A DNA stretch of 64,000 bases from an uncultured Bacteroides sp. (GTDB taxonomy: Bacteria; Bacteroidota; Bacteroidia; Bacteroidales; GCA-2748055), in contig CAZNSZ010000007.1 of NCBI GenBank assembly GCA_964575865.1, positions 18,931 through 82,930 of the forward strand, in the 5' to 3' direction. The position numbers were made by a program, and so were the translations under genes. Under the pieces are notes generated by a model. That model was not told where the DNA came from. It saw only the letters and a list, made by a program, of their open reading frames with translations, and made no database searches. Shown in pieces: positions 20,313 through 29,420 of this stretch (within the stretch, counting starts at the first letter, position 1; each line of letters starts with the position of its first letter).

Positions 20313-21768
20313 GATCAGTTGCTTTGTACCATGGTCGCCCTCCTCCGGACTGGAGGAGCCTTTGAGGGAACTGGCGGATCATCCCCTGGTCAGCAGGGTA
20401 ACCCTCATGGGGAGGGAGGAGCCTTTACAGCTGCCCGGAGATTTCCATTTCCTGGTCACCGACGGCCGGTTCAGCACCGCATCGGTCAGGCAGATCGCAG
20501 CGCATAGCAGAGAAGCGGAATATACCCTGCTGTTCACAGGAACCTCCAGGATCACACTGGGGCTGCTCACACTGGAACGGATGGTCCGGGTGGCAGAGGA
20601 TACCGGTGCGGGAATGATCTATTCCGATTACAGGGAGCTGGCGGACGGCATTGCAACGCCGCATCCGGTCATCGATTACCAGGAGGGTAGCCTGCGGGAT
20701 GACTTTGATTTTGGTCCCCTTTTGTTTTTCAACAGCCGGGAACTGACCGCCGCCGTATCGGGGATCAATGGATCCTTTGATTATGCGGGACTTTACCGGA
20801 CCAGGCTGAAGCTGAGCCTGCGCAGGCTTCCTGTCCGGATCCCGGAAATCCTCTATACGGCTGAGAGAACCGACAGGCGCCTGTCCGGAGAGAAGATGTT
20901 CGATTACGTGGATCCGAAGAACCGGGAAGTCCAGATTGAAATGGAGCGGGCGGTCACGGAACACCTGAAAGAGGCGGGCGGCTATCTTCCCCCGCCCACC
21001 CGGAAGGTCTCCCTGGAAGAGGGCGCTTTCCCGGTGGAAGCCACGGTGATCATCCCGGTGCTGAACCGGGTGAGGACCATCCGGGATGCCGTTGAATCGG
21101 TCATGTCCCAGAAGACAGGGTTTGCATTCAATCTGATCGTGGTGGATAACCACTCCACCGACGGGACCACGGAACTGGTCCGCGATCTGGCCGGCCGCCA
21201 TGAAAACCTGATCCACCTGATCCCCGAAAGGAACGACCTGGGTATCGGGGGGTGCTGGAACCTGGGGGTGCACCATCCAGGCTGCGGCAGGTTTGCCGTG
21301 CAGCTGGACAGCGACGACCTCTACGCCGGTGACGATACCCTGGAGCAGATGGTAGCGGCATTTTACGAGCAGCAATGCGCCATGGTGGTGGGAAGCTACC
21401 GGATGACCAACTTCCAGCTGGAGGAGATCCCTCCGGGAGTGATCGATCACAGGGAGTGGAGCCCGGAGAACGGGCACAACAATGCCCTCCGGATCAACGG
21501 CCTGGGTGCCCCAAGGGCATTTTTCACTCCTGTGCTGAGAGCTTTTCCCGTTCCCAATGTGAGTTACGGGGAGGATTATGCGGTGGGACTCTCCATCAGC
21601 AGGCATTATCCCATCGGGAGGATCTACCAACCCCTCTACCTTTGCCGCCGGTGGGAAGACAACACCGATGCCTCCCTGAACATCGATGCGCTGAACCGCC
21701 ATAACCTCTATAAGGACCGGCTCAGGACCATTGAGCTCCAGGCCAGAATCAGGATGAACCGGGAATGA
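20305..21768 (+). CDS. Two-domain glycosyltransferase family 2
   Basis: [27 protein letters not shown] in the C-terminal half; degenerate GT-A-like N-terminal half. Confidence 0.85.
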   Translation: MNRISCFVPWSPSSGLEEPLRELADHPLVSRVTLMGREEPLQLPGDFHFLVTDGRFSTASVRQIAAHSREAEYTLLFTGTSRITLGLLTLERMVRVAEDTGAGMIYSDYRELADGIATPHPVIDYQEGSLRDDFDFGPLLFFNSRELTAAVSGINGSFDYAGLYRTRLKLSLRRLPVRIPEILYTAERTDRRLSGEKMFDYVDPKNREVQIEMERAVTEHLKEAGGYLPPPTRKVSLEEGAFPVEATVIIPVLNRVRTIRDAVESVMSQKTGFAFNLIVVDNHSTDGTTELVRDLAGRHENLIHLIPERNDLGIGGCWNLGVHHPGCGRFAVQLDSDDLYAGDDTLEQMVAAFYEQQCAMVVGSYRMTNFQLEEIPPGVIDHREWSPENGHNNALRINGLGAPRAFFTPVLRAFPVPNVSYGEDYAVGLSISRHYPIGRIYQPLYLCRRWEDNTDASLNIDALNRHNLYKDRLRTIELQARIRMNRE

Positions 21769-22724
21769 TGACCCTGCAGGAACAGGTATCGGCATTGTTC
21801 GAAGAACAGAAACAGGGCTGGCCCCTGCTGGGCAGCAACTGGGCCCTGCTGGATCAGGTTCGCGTCCGGGAGTTCCGGTTTGACGGAACTGTGATCAGGG
21901 TACAGTACAATCCCAGGCGCATCGTCTCATCCGCAGCCAAAGTGGATAAAGCGTCCATCGAACAGCGGAGCTGTTTCCTGTGTCCTGAAAACCGCCCCCC
22001 GGAAGAGCAGGGGGTCTGGTTCGGCGGGGATTACGAGATCCTGTGCAATCCATTTCCCATTTTCAGGCAGCATTTCACCATTGCCCACAGGGTGCATACC
22101 CCCCAGGTGATCCGGTCCGAGATCACCAGCTTCCTGGAGCTGGCGCGGGAGTTGCCCGGTCTGGTGGTTTTCTACAATGCCCCCGCCTGCGGGGCCTCGG
22201 CACCCGACCACCTCCATTTCCAGGCAGGGAACCGCGGGCTGATGCCCATAGAAGAGGAGCTGGCAACCCTGAAGAAAAGGTACGGCCGCCGGCTGACCGG
22301 ATCGGAAGCGCCCGCCGTCACTGCCATCTCCGATGGCCTGCGGAATTTTTTCCTGCTGGAGTCGGGCGACAGGGAAGCATTGGAAAACGCCTTTTACCTG
22401 ATTTTCGACCACATGGAGGTGTACCAGGAGGCCGAACCGATGCTCAACCTGCTGGCCTATTTCGACGGGTCATGGCAGCTGCTCCTGTTTCCCAGGGAAA
22501 AACACAGGCCGTGGCAATATTTCGAGGAGGGCGAGCGCAATATTTTGCTGAGCCCTGCCGCAGTGGACATGGGGGGGACGCTGATCATCCCGCTGGAGAA
22601 GGACTTTAACGCCATCACAGGGGAGGCGATCAGCGATATTTTTGCCCAGGTCACCTGTTCCGCCGCGCATTTTGACCAGATCTCCCGGCTGATACAAACC
22701 AAACTGAATCACCATGCCATCTGA
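21765..22724 (+). CDS. DUF4922 family GalT/HIT-like nucleotidyltransferase or phosphorylase
   Basis: [32 protein letters not shown] motifs. Confidence 0.8.
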   Translation: MMTLQEQVSALFEEQKQGWPLLGSNWALLDQVRVREFRFDGTVIRVQYNPRRIVSSAAKVDKASIEQRSCFLCPENRPPEEQGVWFGGDYEILCNPFPIFRQHFTIAHRVHTPQVIRSEITSFLELARELPGLVVFYNAPACGASAPDHLHFQAGNRGLMPIEEELATLKKRYGRRLTGSEAPAVTAISDGLRNFFLLESGDREALENAFYLIFDHMEVYQEAEPMLNLLAYFDGSWQLLLFPREKHRPWQYFEEGERNILLSPAAVDMGGTLIIPLEKDFNAITGEAISDIFAQVTCSAAHFDQISRLIQTKLNHHAI

Positions 22725-24165
22725 CAACGCACCCCTGCTGGAGGTCGGAATTATGCACAGCGATGCCATCCGGTTCCGGCTGGAGGGGAATTTCCACCTA
22801 AAGGAAGGGGGGACGAGAAAGGCGCCTGGATCCACGCTCCACGGAGGATCCACGCTCAACGGAGGATCCACGCTCCACGGAGGATCCGCCCTCACCGGAG
22901 AAGCCACGGCTGTGCTGCATGGTGGTACCATCCGGATCAAAGCGGACGACCGGACCCTGGCGGAAGGGGAGGAGCTTCTGCTTGAACCTGCCGATCCGGC
23001 CACGTGCCGTTTCATCCTGCAGGAAGTGGTCATCGGAGTGGGGTTCCACTGGGAGCAGAAGGAGCAACAGGTGTTCAGGGGAGCGCTCAGGTTCATGGTC
23101 AGCCAGGGGAACCTCCAGGCGGTCAATATCATCCCGCTGGAGGAGTACCTGGTCAGCGTCATCTCCTCTGAGATGAGGGGGGACAGCTCCCCGGAGCTGC
23201 TGAAGGCGCACACGATCATCTCCCGCAGCTGGCTGCTGGCACAGATGGAGAAACAGCAATCGCTCAGGAAGGCCGGGAAAGCCGGCAACCTGCAGCCGGC
23301 CGGATCCTCACGCGGCCCTGGCCTGCAGGGGGAGGAGGAACACATCCGCTGGTATGACCGGGAGGATCACCACGATTTTCATGTATGTGCCGACGATCAC
23401 TGTCAGCGGTACCAGGGCATCACCAGGGCGGGCAGGCCCCGGGTGGAGCAGGCGGTGAGGGAGACCGCCGGGCAGGTGCTGGTCTACGGGGGAGGCCTTT
23501 GCGACGCCAGGTATTCCAAATGTTGCGGGGGCGTCAGCGAGACCTTTGAATCCTGCTGGGAACCGGTGGCGCATCCATACCTCCGGCGGGTGGACGACAA
23601 TCCGGCCGGTCACCCTGTCAATACCGCGGACCTGACCCGGGAGACCCATGCGGAGGCCTTCATCCGGGAATCCCCGGAGGCCTTCTGCAATACTTCCGAT
23701 GCCAGGCTCCTCCGGCAGGTGCTGAACGATTACGACCAGGTTTCGGCCGATTTTTACAGGTGGGAGGTACACTACAGCCAGGAAGAACTGGCCATGCTGA
23801 TCAGGGAAAAATCGGGATCGGACTTCGGGCATATCCTCGACCTGGTTCCCGTGGAAAGGGGGGTGTCCGGCCGGCTGATCAGGCTGAGGATCGTCGGGAG
23901 CCTGAAGGAACTGGTCATTGGCAAGGAGCTGGAGATCAGGCGGTGGCTCAGCCGGTCACACCTCTACAGTTCGGCATTCGTGGTGAAGAAGTCCGCAGTC
24001 CGGGACGGTATTCCCGGTCGTTTCACCCTCCGGGGCGCCGGCTGGGGGCACGGGGTGGGGCTCTGTCAGATCGGTGCGGCGGTGATGGCGGACCGGGGGT
24101 ACACCTACCGGCAGATCCTGGAACACTATTTTCGAGGGACCAAACTGGAAAAAAGATATGAATAA
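22714..24165 (+). CDS. SpoIID/LytB domain protein (putative lytic transglycosylase)
   Basis: LEEYLVSVISSEM, LKAHTIISRSW, VCADDHCQRYQG, GAGWGHGVGLCQIGA. Confidence 0.9.
   Translation: MPSDNAPLLEVGIMHSDAIRFRLEGNFHLKEGGTRKAPGSTLHGGSTLNGGSTLHGGSALTGEATAVLHGGTIRIKADDRTLAEGEELLLEPADPATCRFILQEVVIGVGFHWEQKEQQVFRGALRFMVSQGNLQAVNIIPLEEYLVSVISSEMRGDSSPELLKAHTIISRSWLLAQMEKQQSLRKAGKAGNLQPAGSSRGPGLQGEEEHIRWYDREDHHDFHVCADDHCQRYQGITRAGRPRVEQAVRETAGQVLVYGGGLCDARYSKCCGGVSETFESCWEPVAHPYLRRVDDNPAGHPVNTADLTRETHAEAFIRESPEAFCNTSDARLLRQVLNDYDQVSADFYRWEVHYSQEELAMLIREKSGSDFGHILDLVPVERGVSGRLIRLRIVGSLKELVIGKELEIRRWLSRSHLYSSAFVVKKSAVRDGIPGRFTLRGAGWGHGVGLCQIGAAVMADRGYTYRQILEHYFRGTKLEKRYE
22828..22899 (+). repeat. In-frame 18-bp tandem repeat x4 (GGATCCACGCTCCACGGA) encoding GSTLHG-like units
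   Basis: Units start at 22828, 22846, 22864 and 22882 with 0, 1, 0 and 3 mismatches to the consensus. Confidence 0.95.
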
Positions 24166-25951
24166 CAGCGGTTCAAAGCCCCCGGGGGGCAGGAAACAGG
24201 CGGGGCCCTGGCTGTGGGTCCCCAGCCTCTATTTCGCTGAAGGGATCCCCTATGTGATCGTCATGACCCTTTCGGTGATCTTTTATAAGCGGATGGGGAT
24301 CTCCAATACCGACATTGCCCTCTATACCAGCTGGCTTTACCTGCCATGGGTGATCAAGCCCCTGTGGGGTCCCGTGGTGGATATCCTCAAAACCAAGCGC
24401 TTCTGGATACTCATCATGCAATTGCTCATCGGGGCCGGGCTGGCCGGGGTGGCGCTGACCATCCCCGGCCCTCGTTTTTTTCAGCTTACCCTCGCCTTTT
24501 TCTGGCTGCTGGCCTTCAGTTCGGCCACCCATGACATTGCGGCGGACGGATTCTACATGCTGGGACTGTCCAGGCACGACCAGGCCTTCTTCGTGGGGAT
24601 CAGGAGCACATTTTACCGGCTGGCCATGCTCACCGGTCAGGGTTTGCTGGTGATCCTCGCCGGGTATTTCGAGGCCCGCACCGGACTTCCGAAGGTGGAG
24701 GTGGAGGTGGTCACGGAGGAAGGACGCTCCGACCTGGATTTTCAGCCGCTCAGGATGACCTTCTCCGCCGATACGGGGTCCACCTATTTCCTCCATCCGG
24801 AAACCGTGCGGATCGGACTGGGGAAAATCCCCGCCGCAAAGGCCGACAGCCTGTTGGCCCTGGTGGATGCCTGGAACAGCGGGAACGGCTTTTACGATGC
24901 GGGGGAGGCGACCAGTTCGGCTTCTCCGGCGGGAGAAGCGGGGAACCTGGGCTGGACCTGGTTCCGGCTCAGCAAACCACCGGAGGCGGGGGAGAACATC
25001 GTCCTCAATTTCAGTTTCGAACGGGGGGACCAGAGCATTTCACTGGCCCGCAGCTACCGCTTCAATTTTAACCGGGACAACTGGGACCAGCCGGCTTTTG
25101 CCGTCTTCCGCCTCGACCCGAAACTCCAGAAGGATACTTCGGCCTCCTTCGCGGGACTGAGCGGAAACATCCGCTTTGCCTGGACCATGGTCTTTGTGGT
25201 CATTGCCGTGGTGTTTGCAGGATTCTTCGTCTATCACCGGTTTATCCTTCCACGGCCGGCGGAGGATGTGGCCGCCCGCCACACGGAAGGCAGTTTTTTA
25301 AAGGAGTTTTTCGCCACCTTCGCTGAATTCTTCCGGAAAAAGAACATTGTGGTGATCCTCCTCTTTCTGCTGGTTTACCGGCTGGGGGAATCCCAGCTGG
25401 TGAAACTGGCCTCCCCCTTTCTGCTCGATTCCCGTGAAGCCAGCGGGCTGGGGCTCACCACCGGTGATCTGGGGCTGATCTACGGCACCATAGGGATCAT
25501 TGCCCTGTCGCTGGGAGGGATACTCGGGGGGATCGCCGCTTCGAGGAAAGGGCTCAAATACTGGCTCTGGTGGATGGTGGCGGCCATGAACCTGCCCAAC
25601 CTGGTCTACGTGTTCCTCTCCTATGCCATGCCCTCCTCCCTCTGGATCGTGGGGGCCTCGGTGGCGGTGGAGCAGTTCGGTTACGGATTCGGATTCACCG
25701 CCTATATGCTTTACATGATCTATGTGTCCGAAGGGAAACATAAGACAGCGCATTTCGCACTGACCACGGGATTCATGGCGCTGGGGATGATGCTGCCCGG
25801 CATGGTGAGCGGATGGCTCCAGGAGCAGATCGGGTACCAGCACTTTTTTATCTGGGTGATGATCTGTACCATCCCGGGCTTTGTACTGATACCGTTCCTG
25901 AGGATCGATCCCGCTTTCGGGAGGAAGCAGAAGAAGAATCCTGCACCATGA
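24158..25951 (+). CDS. ampG: AmpG-like MFS muropeptide transporter with a soluble insertion
   Basis: LYFAEGIPY, KPLWGPVVD, SATHDIAADGFY, QFGYGFGF; 597 aa, longer than a simple 12-TM MFS. Confidence 0.8.
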   Translation: MNNSGSKPPGGRKQAGPWLWVPSLYFAEGIPYVIVMTLSVIFYKRMGISNTDIALYTSWLYLPWVIKPLWGPVVDILKTKRFWILIMQLLIGAGLAGVALTIPGPRFFQLTLAFFWLLAFSSATHDIAADGFYMLGLSRHDQAFFVGIRSTFYRLAMLTGQGLLVILAGYFEARTGLPKVEVEVVTEEGRSDLDFQPLRMTFSADTGSTYFLHPETVRIGLGKIPAAKADSLLALVDAWNSGNGFYDAGEATSSASPAGEAGNLGWTWFRLSKPPEAGENIVLNFSFERGDQSISLARSYRFNFNRDNWDQPAFAVFRLDPKLQKDTSASFAGLSGNIRFAWTMVFVVIAVVFAGFFVYHRFILPRPAEDVAARHTEGSFLKEFFATFAEFFRKKNIVVILLFLLVYRLGESQLVKLASPFLLDSREASGLGLTTGDLGLIYGTIGIIALSLGGILGGIAASRKGLKYWLWWMVAAMNLPNLVYVFLSYAMPSSLWIVGASVAVEQFGYGFGFTAYMLYMIYVSEGKHKTAHFALTTGFMALGMMLPGMVSGWLQEQIGYQHFFIWVMICTIPGFVLIPFLRIDPAFGRKQKKNPAP

Positions 25952-25984
25952 TGCACCTGTTGGTGCAGCGGTCGATCCCCTGCA

Positions 25985-26668
25985 TCAGGCTTCGTCCAGG
26001 ATCACTGCTGCGGCCAGCCGCACGGCCTTTTTTACAACTTCCGTGCAATGCCCGGTGGCATCGGCTTCCTGGAACTCCCTCAGTTCGTCCGGATCGGTGA
26101 GGTGGTAGCACCTGCCGAACTCCCCCTTCTGGATCTCATGGCACATGGTGCTTCCGAATTCTTTTTCAAAGGCGGTGCAGAACGCTCCGGCAGGGACCAG
26201 TGAGGCCCTGTAGGTATCCCAGTCGCTCAGCTGGTGTTGGTTCCTTCCGAATATCAGTCCCAAGGCCATCAGCGGGCCTGTGACGGCACCGCAGGTCTCC
26301 CCCCGTTCAGCAATCCCGGTGACCGGTGTCAGCGCCCTGATCACCTCTTCCCCGCCCAGCCCGAATTGCTCCTTCAGGGCCATGAAGCTGCTCTGTGCAC
26401 AATGGTGTGACAGGTTCATGTACCGTTCCACCTTCTGATCGAGGAGCTGCATTACCAGGTCCCTGGGGAGCTCCCGGCTGGCATCCAGTTCCCTTTGGAA
26501 CGAGATTTGAGGGTCTGGAGGAGGCCCTGCTTCCGGAGTGGAAGGCTCACCGGTACCACGGCCGTCTTCCGGGGAGGGTGTGCTGCGCACGCACCCTCCC
26601 GGAAAAACGCCCGCAACCATTGCCGCAACCAGGCGTTCCGCAAACCTGCGCCGGTTCATTGGTGCCAT
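25985..26668 (-). CDS. C-GCAxxG-C-C family putative redox protein with Tat-like signal
   Basis: MNRRRF signal; HCAQS, ETCGAVTG, TMCHEI, HCTEVV. Confidence 0.8.
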   Translation of the reverse strand: MAPMNRRRFAERLVAAMVAGVFPGGCVRSTPSPEDGRGTGEPSTPEAGPPPDPQISFQRELDASRELPRDLVMQLLDQKVERYMNLSHHCAQSSFMALKEQFGLGGEEVIRALTPVTGIAERGETCGAVTGPLMALGLIFGRNQHQLSDWDTYRASLVPAGAFCTAFEKEFGSTMCHEIQKGEFGRCYHLTDPDELREFQEADATGHCTEVVKKAVRLAAAVILDEA

Positions 26669-26675
26669 CTTTTAT

Positions 26676-27719
26676 TTACAGCAGGATCTGCCGGCAGTAC
26701 TCCCGGCAGGTTTTCACCTCTTTCACCGAGCTGGACCACGGTTTCACCTCATACTCCAGTTCGATGTCGCAATAGATGGGCCAGCCATTCTCCCGGACCA
26801 GCAGAAGGACCTCGCTGATGGGGGTCTCTCCCTGTCCCCACACCTGGTTGGCATTGGGCTCCACGGCATTGCCGGGTCCCGTCTTGTCCTTCAGGTGAAT
26901 GCTGACGATCTGGTCATGGTACTTCTCAATAAAGGCACACGGGTCTTTCCCGGTGGACCCGTAATAGTGGCCCGCATCAAAGTTGAGCCTGTTGGCGGGT
27001 GACAGGGCCAGCAGGCGGTCCACATCAAACCCCTCCTCGGCGAACTGGAAGTGGTTGTGGAAAATGGCCAGCATCCCGGCCCTTTCGGCAGCAGCCCCCA
27101 GGTTCCTGCAGTTCTCCTCGTTCAGCTCGGCGGTGATCCCGATGGCCCCCAGTTCCCGCGCCACCCGGAAGGAGTAATCAAGCTCCTCATCACTGCTTCC
27201 CGCGGTCCATTTGTAGATGTGGATGTTGACGCCCGCATCATTGAACTTCCTTCGCAGCTCCCGGTACTTCTCCATGATCCCGTCGGAATGTCGCCATGCC
27301 TCCAGGTCCTCCCGGTACTGTTCCAGTGCGGCCTGCTGCTCTTCGGTCAGTGCAGGCCTTCCGGACCTGCCTCCGGGAGGCGGGCCCATCCACCTCCTCG
27401 GTACAGGGTTTTCAGGAGCGCCCAGGTACTCTTCCACGCCTGTCCCCATGAGTTCCACGGAGCTGATGCCCGCATCCACGCATGCCTGAAGCACTGCGTC
27501 CACCCCGCCTTCAAGTCCCCGGAAACTGTAAGTGATGGTCCCGATCTGCACCCCGCCGTATCTTGAATCGGGCAGTGCCGGCGTTTCACCGGAATCTTCC
27601 GACGGAGCGGTTTCGCCTCCTGTTGAACAGGAGAGAAGCAGGGCCATGGCCAGGAAGGCCATGACCGCTCCCCGGACTGTGCGTCCGGGAATGTTGCATA
27701 AATGAGTTCGTTTTTTCAT
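26676..27719 (-). CDS. Sugar phosphate isomerase/epimerase (AP-endonuclease-2 TIM barrel) lipoprotein
   Basis: GTITYSFR, FHNH, LNFDAGHY, IHLKDK, DIELEY; LLSC lipobox. Start moved to ATG 27719. Confidence 0.85.
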   Translation of the reverse strand: MKKRTHLCNIPGRTVRGAVMAFLAMALLLSCSTGGETAPSEDSGETPALPDSRYGGVQIGTITYSFRGLEGGVDAVLQACVDAGISSVELMGTGVEEYLGAPENPVPRRWMGPPPGGRSGRPALTEEQQAALEQYREDLEAWRHSDGIMEKYRELRRKFNDAGVNIHIYKWTAGSSDEELDYSFRVARELGAIGITAELNEENCRNLGAAAERAGMLAIFHNHFQFAEEGFDVDRLLALSPANRLNFDAGHYYGSTGKDPCAFIEKYHDQIVSIHLKDKTGPGNAVEPNANQVWGQGETPISEVLLLVRENGWPIYCDIELEYEVKPWSSSVKEVKTCREYCRQILL

Positions 27720-27757
27720 AGGATCCCATTTAAAAATATACGCTTCTCCCATGAGCA

Positions 27758-29239
27758 CTACAGGCTCCATCCCTGCCTGTATTCGTAGTGGAAATATTGA
27801 TCCGCTTCCGGAAGGTTGGTGATCTTCATGTTCCCGGCATCATATTCCAGGGTTTTATTCACCTGCTGGGACATGACAGCGATGTTGGTCAGCAGCATGA
27901 TCTCGGTCAGTTTCGACGCGATCTCGAAATCGTTGGCCGCTTTCCTTCCTTCCTTGATGGCCTCGATGAAGTCCACATAGACGCTCTTCGGCCTGGGCAG
28001 CCACTGGTCGGGGGCCTTGAAGCCCGGATCCTGGGGGATCAGCTCGGGCATGGCCCCGTGGGTCCCGTGCATGAGCATCCCCTTGGTGCCGATGTAAAGC
28101 GCTTCGGCAAGCTGGCGGTCCGCTTCCAGCTGGGCCGGACGGAAGGGCTTGATCCCGCCGTCGCTCCAGGTGACCTTCACCGGGGGCATTCCGTCCCTGG
28201 CTGCGAATTCATACTGTACATTTTCGGCCTGCGGCAGGTAATCCAGCGTAAAGGGGGAGGTGGTGGCCTGGATTTTTACGGGCATGCCCAGCTTCAATGC
28301 CCAGATGGGGGCGTCGAAGGTATGGGCGCCCATGTCCCCCATGGCGCCGGTTCCGTAGTCCCAGAGCCCGCGCCATGCGAAATGCACCACGTCGGGGTGG
28401 TAGGGTTTCTCTGGAGCGGGACCGAGCCACAGGTCGTACTTGAGGTTGTCCGGAACGGGAACCCCCCCGGGCCTGGTCAGGGCGCCCTGGGCCCAGACGG
28501 GCCGGTTGGACCACATGTGGACCTCGGTCACATCGCCAATAACGCCTGACTGGATCCATTCCACCGTCTGCATGGTGCCCTCGATGTTGTGTCCCTGGTT
28601 CCCCATCTGGGTGACCAGGCCGGTCTTCTTGGCCAGGTCCCGCAGGAACCGTACCTCATGAATGGTCTTGGCCATGGGCTTCTCCACGAACACGTGCTTG
28701 CCCGCATTCATGGCGTAGGCGGCGATCACGGCATGGGTATGGTCGGGGGTCCCGATGACCACGGCATCCAGTTCTTTCTCCTTGTCGATCATTTCCCGGA
28801 AATCGTGGTATGCCTTGGCTTTGGGGTAACCTGCAAAGATGTGGCCCGCATACTCATGGTCCACGTCACACAGGGCATAGATGTTGGCATGTTTGAAGGT
28901 CTCCGGGCCTCCGGCATCGCCCATCTGGTTGGCAGCCATTTGCCTCGGGGGGCGGGGAGGGGTGAGCCCGGGCATGCGGTTCCAGCGCAACCCCGGCAGC
29001 ATCCCCCTTCTCTGGATGGGCACATCGGGGGTGGCGATGTTCTGGATGTCGCTTCCTCCCTGGTTGCCCAGCCCGATCCCGGCCACGTTCACCATGTCGC
29101 TGGGTGCGGTATATCCTTTTCCTCCCAGCACATGGCGGGGGACAATGGTGAATGCGACCGCCGCGGCCGTGGTTTTGCCGATGAAGTCCCTCCGGGAGAG
29201 ACCCGTTGGGGATTTTTTGTCAGTGTGTTGCTGTTTCAT
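27758..29239 (-). CDS. Tat-exported Gfo/Idh/MocA oxidoreductase
   Basis: LSRRDFI twin-arginine; GIGLG, TPDHTHA, HVFVEKP, GAMGDMGAHTFD. Confidence 0.9.
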   Translation of the reverse strand: MKQQHTDKKSPTGLSRRDFIGKTTAAAVAFTIVPRHVLGGKGYTAPSDMVNVAGIGLGNQGGSDIQNIATPDVPIQRRGMLPGLRWNRMPGLTPPRPPRQMAANQMGDAGGPETFKHANIYALCDVDHEYAGHIFAGYPKAKAYHDFREMIDKEKELDAVVIGTPDHTHAVIAAYAMNAGKHVFVEKPMAKTIHEVRFLRDLAKKTGLVTQMGNQGHNIEGTMQTVEWIQSGVIGDVTEVHMWSNRPVWAQGALTRPGGVPVPDNLKYDLWLGPAPEKPYHPDVVHFAWRGLWDYGTGAMGDMGAHTFDAPIWALKLGMPVKIQATTSPFTLDYLPQAENVQYEFAARDGMPPVKVTWSDGGIKPFRPAQLEADRQLAEALYIGTKGMLMHGTHGAMPELIPQDPGFKAPDQWLPRPKSVYVDFIEAIKEGRKAANDFEIASKLTEIMLLTNIAVMSQQVNKTLEYDAGNMKITNLPEADQYFHYEYRQGWSL

Positions 29240-29420
29240 GGATCAAATGGTTTTATGGTTCGAATGGGTAATAAGTTAGTCATGCTGAACGAATTTCTAT
29301 TGTTCCGCAGCTATAAAATGAATGGAAAAAATGAATTTCCACAAGAATGATCTTGCCCTGTTCACCTTTAGACTCCCCGTGGAGCCAAGGGTTTAAAGAT
29401 GCAGCCGGGGTGTGGAATCC

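Noticed and set aside
22828-22899. Tandem repeat as a CRISPR array
   Set aside because: Units are contiguous with no spacers, lie in frame in a CDS, and no cas genes are present.
25941-25968. TGCACC-TGTT-GGTGCA hairpin between convergent genes as a terminator
   Set aside because: Only 6-8 bp with no T-tract; too weak to call.
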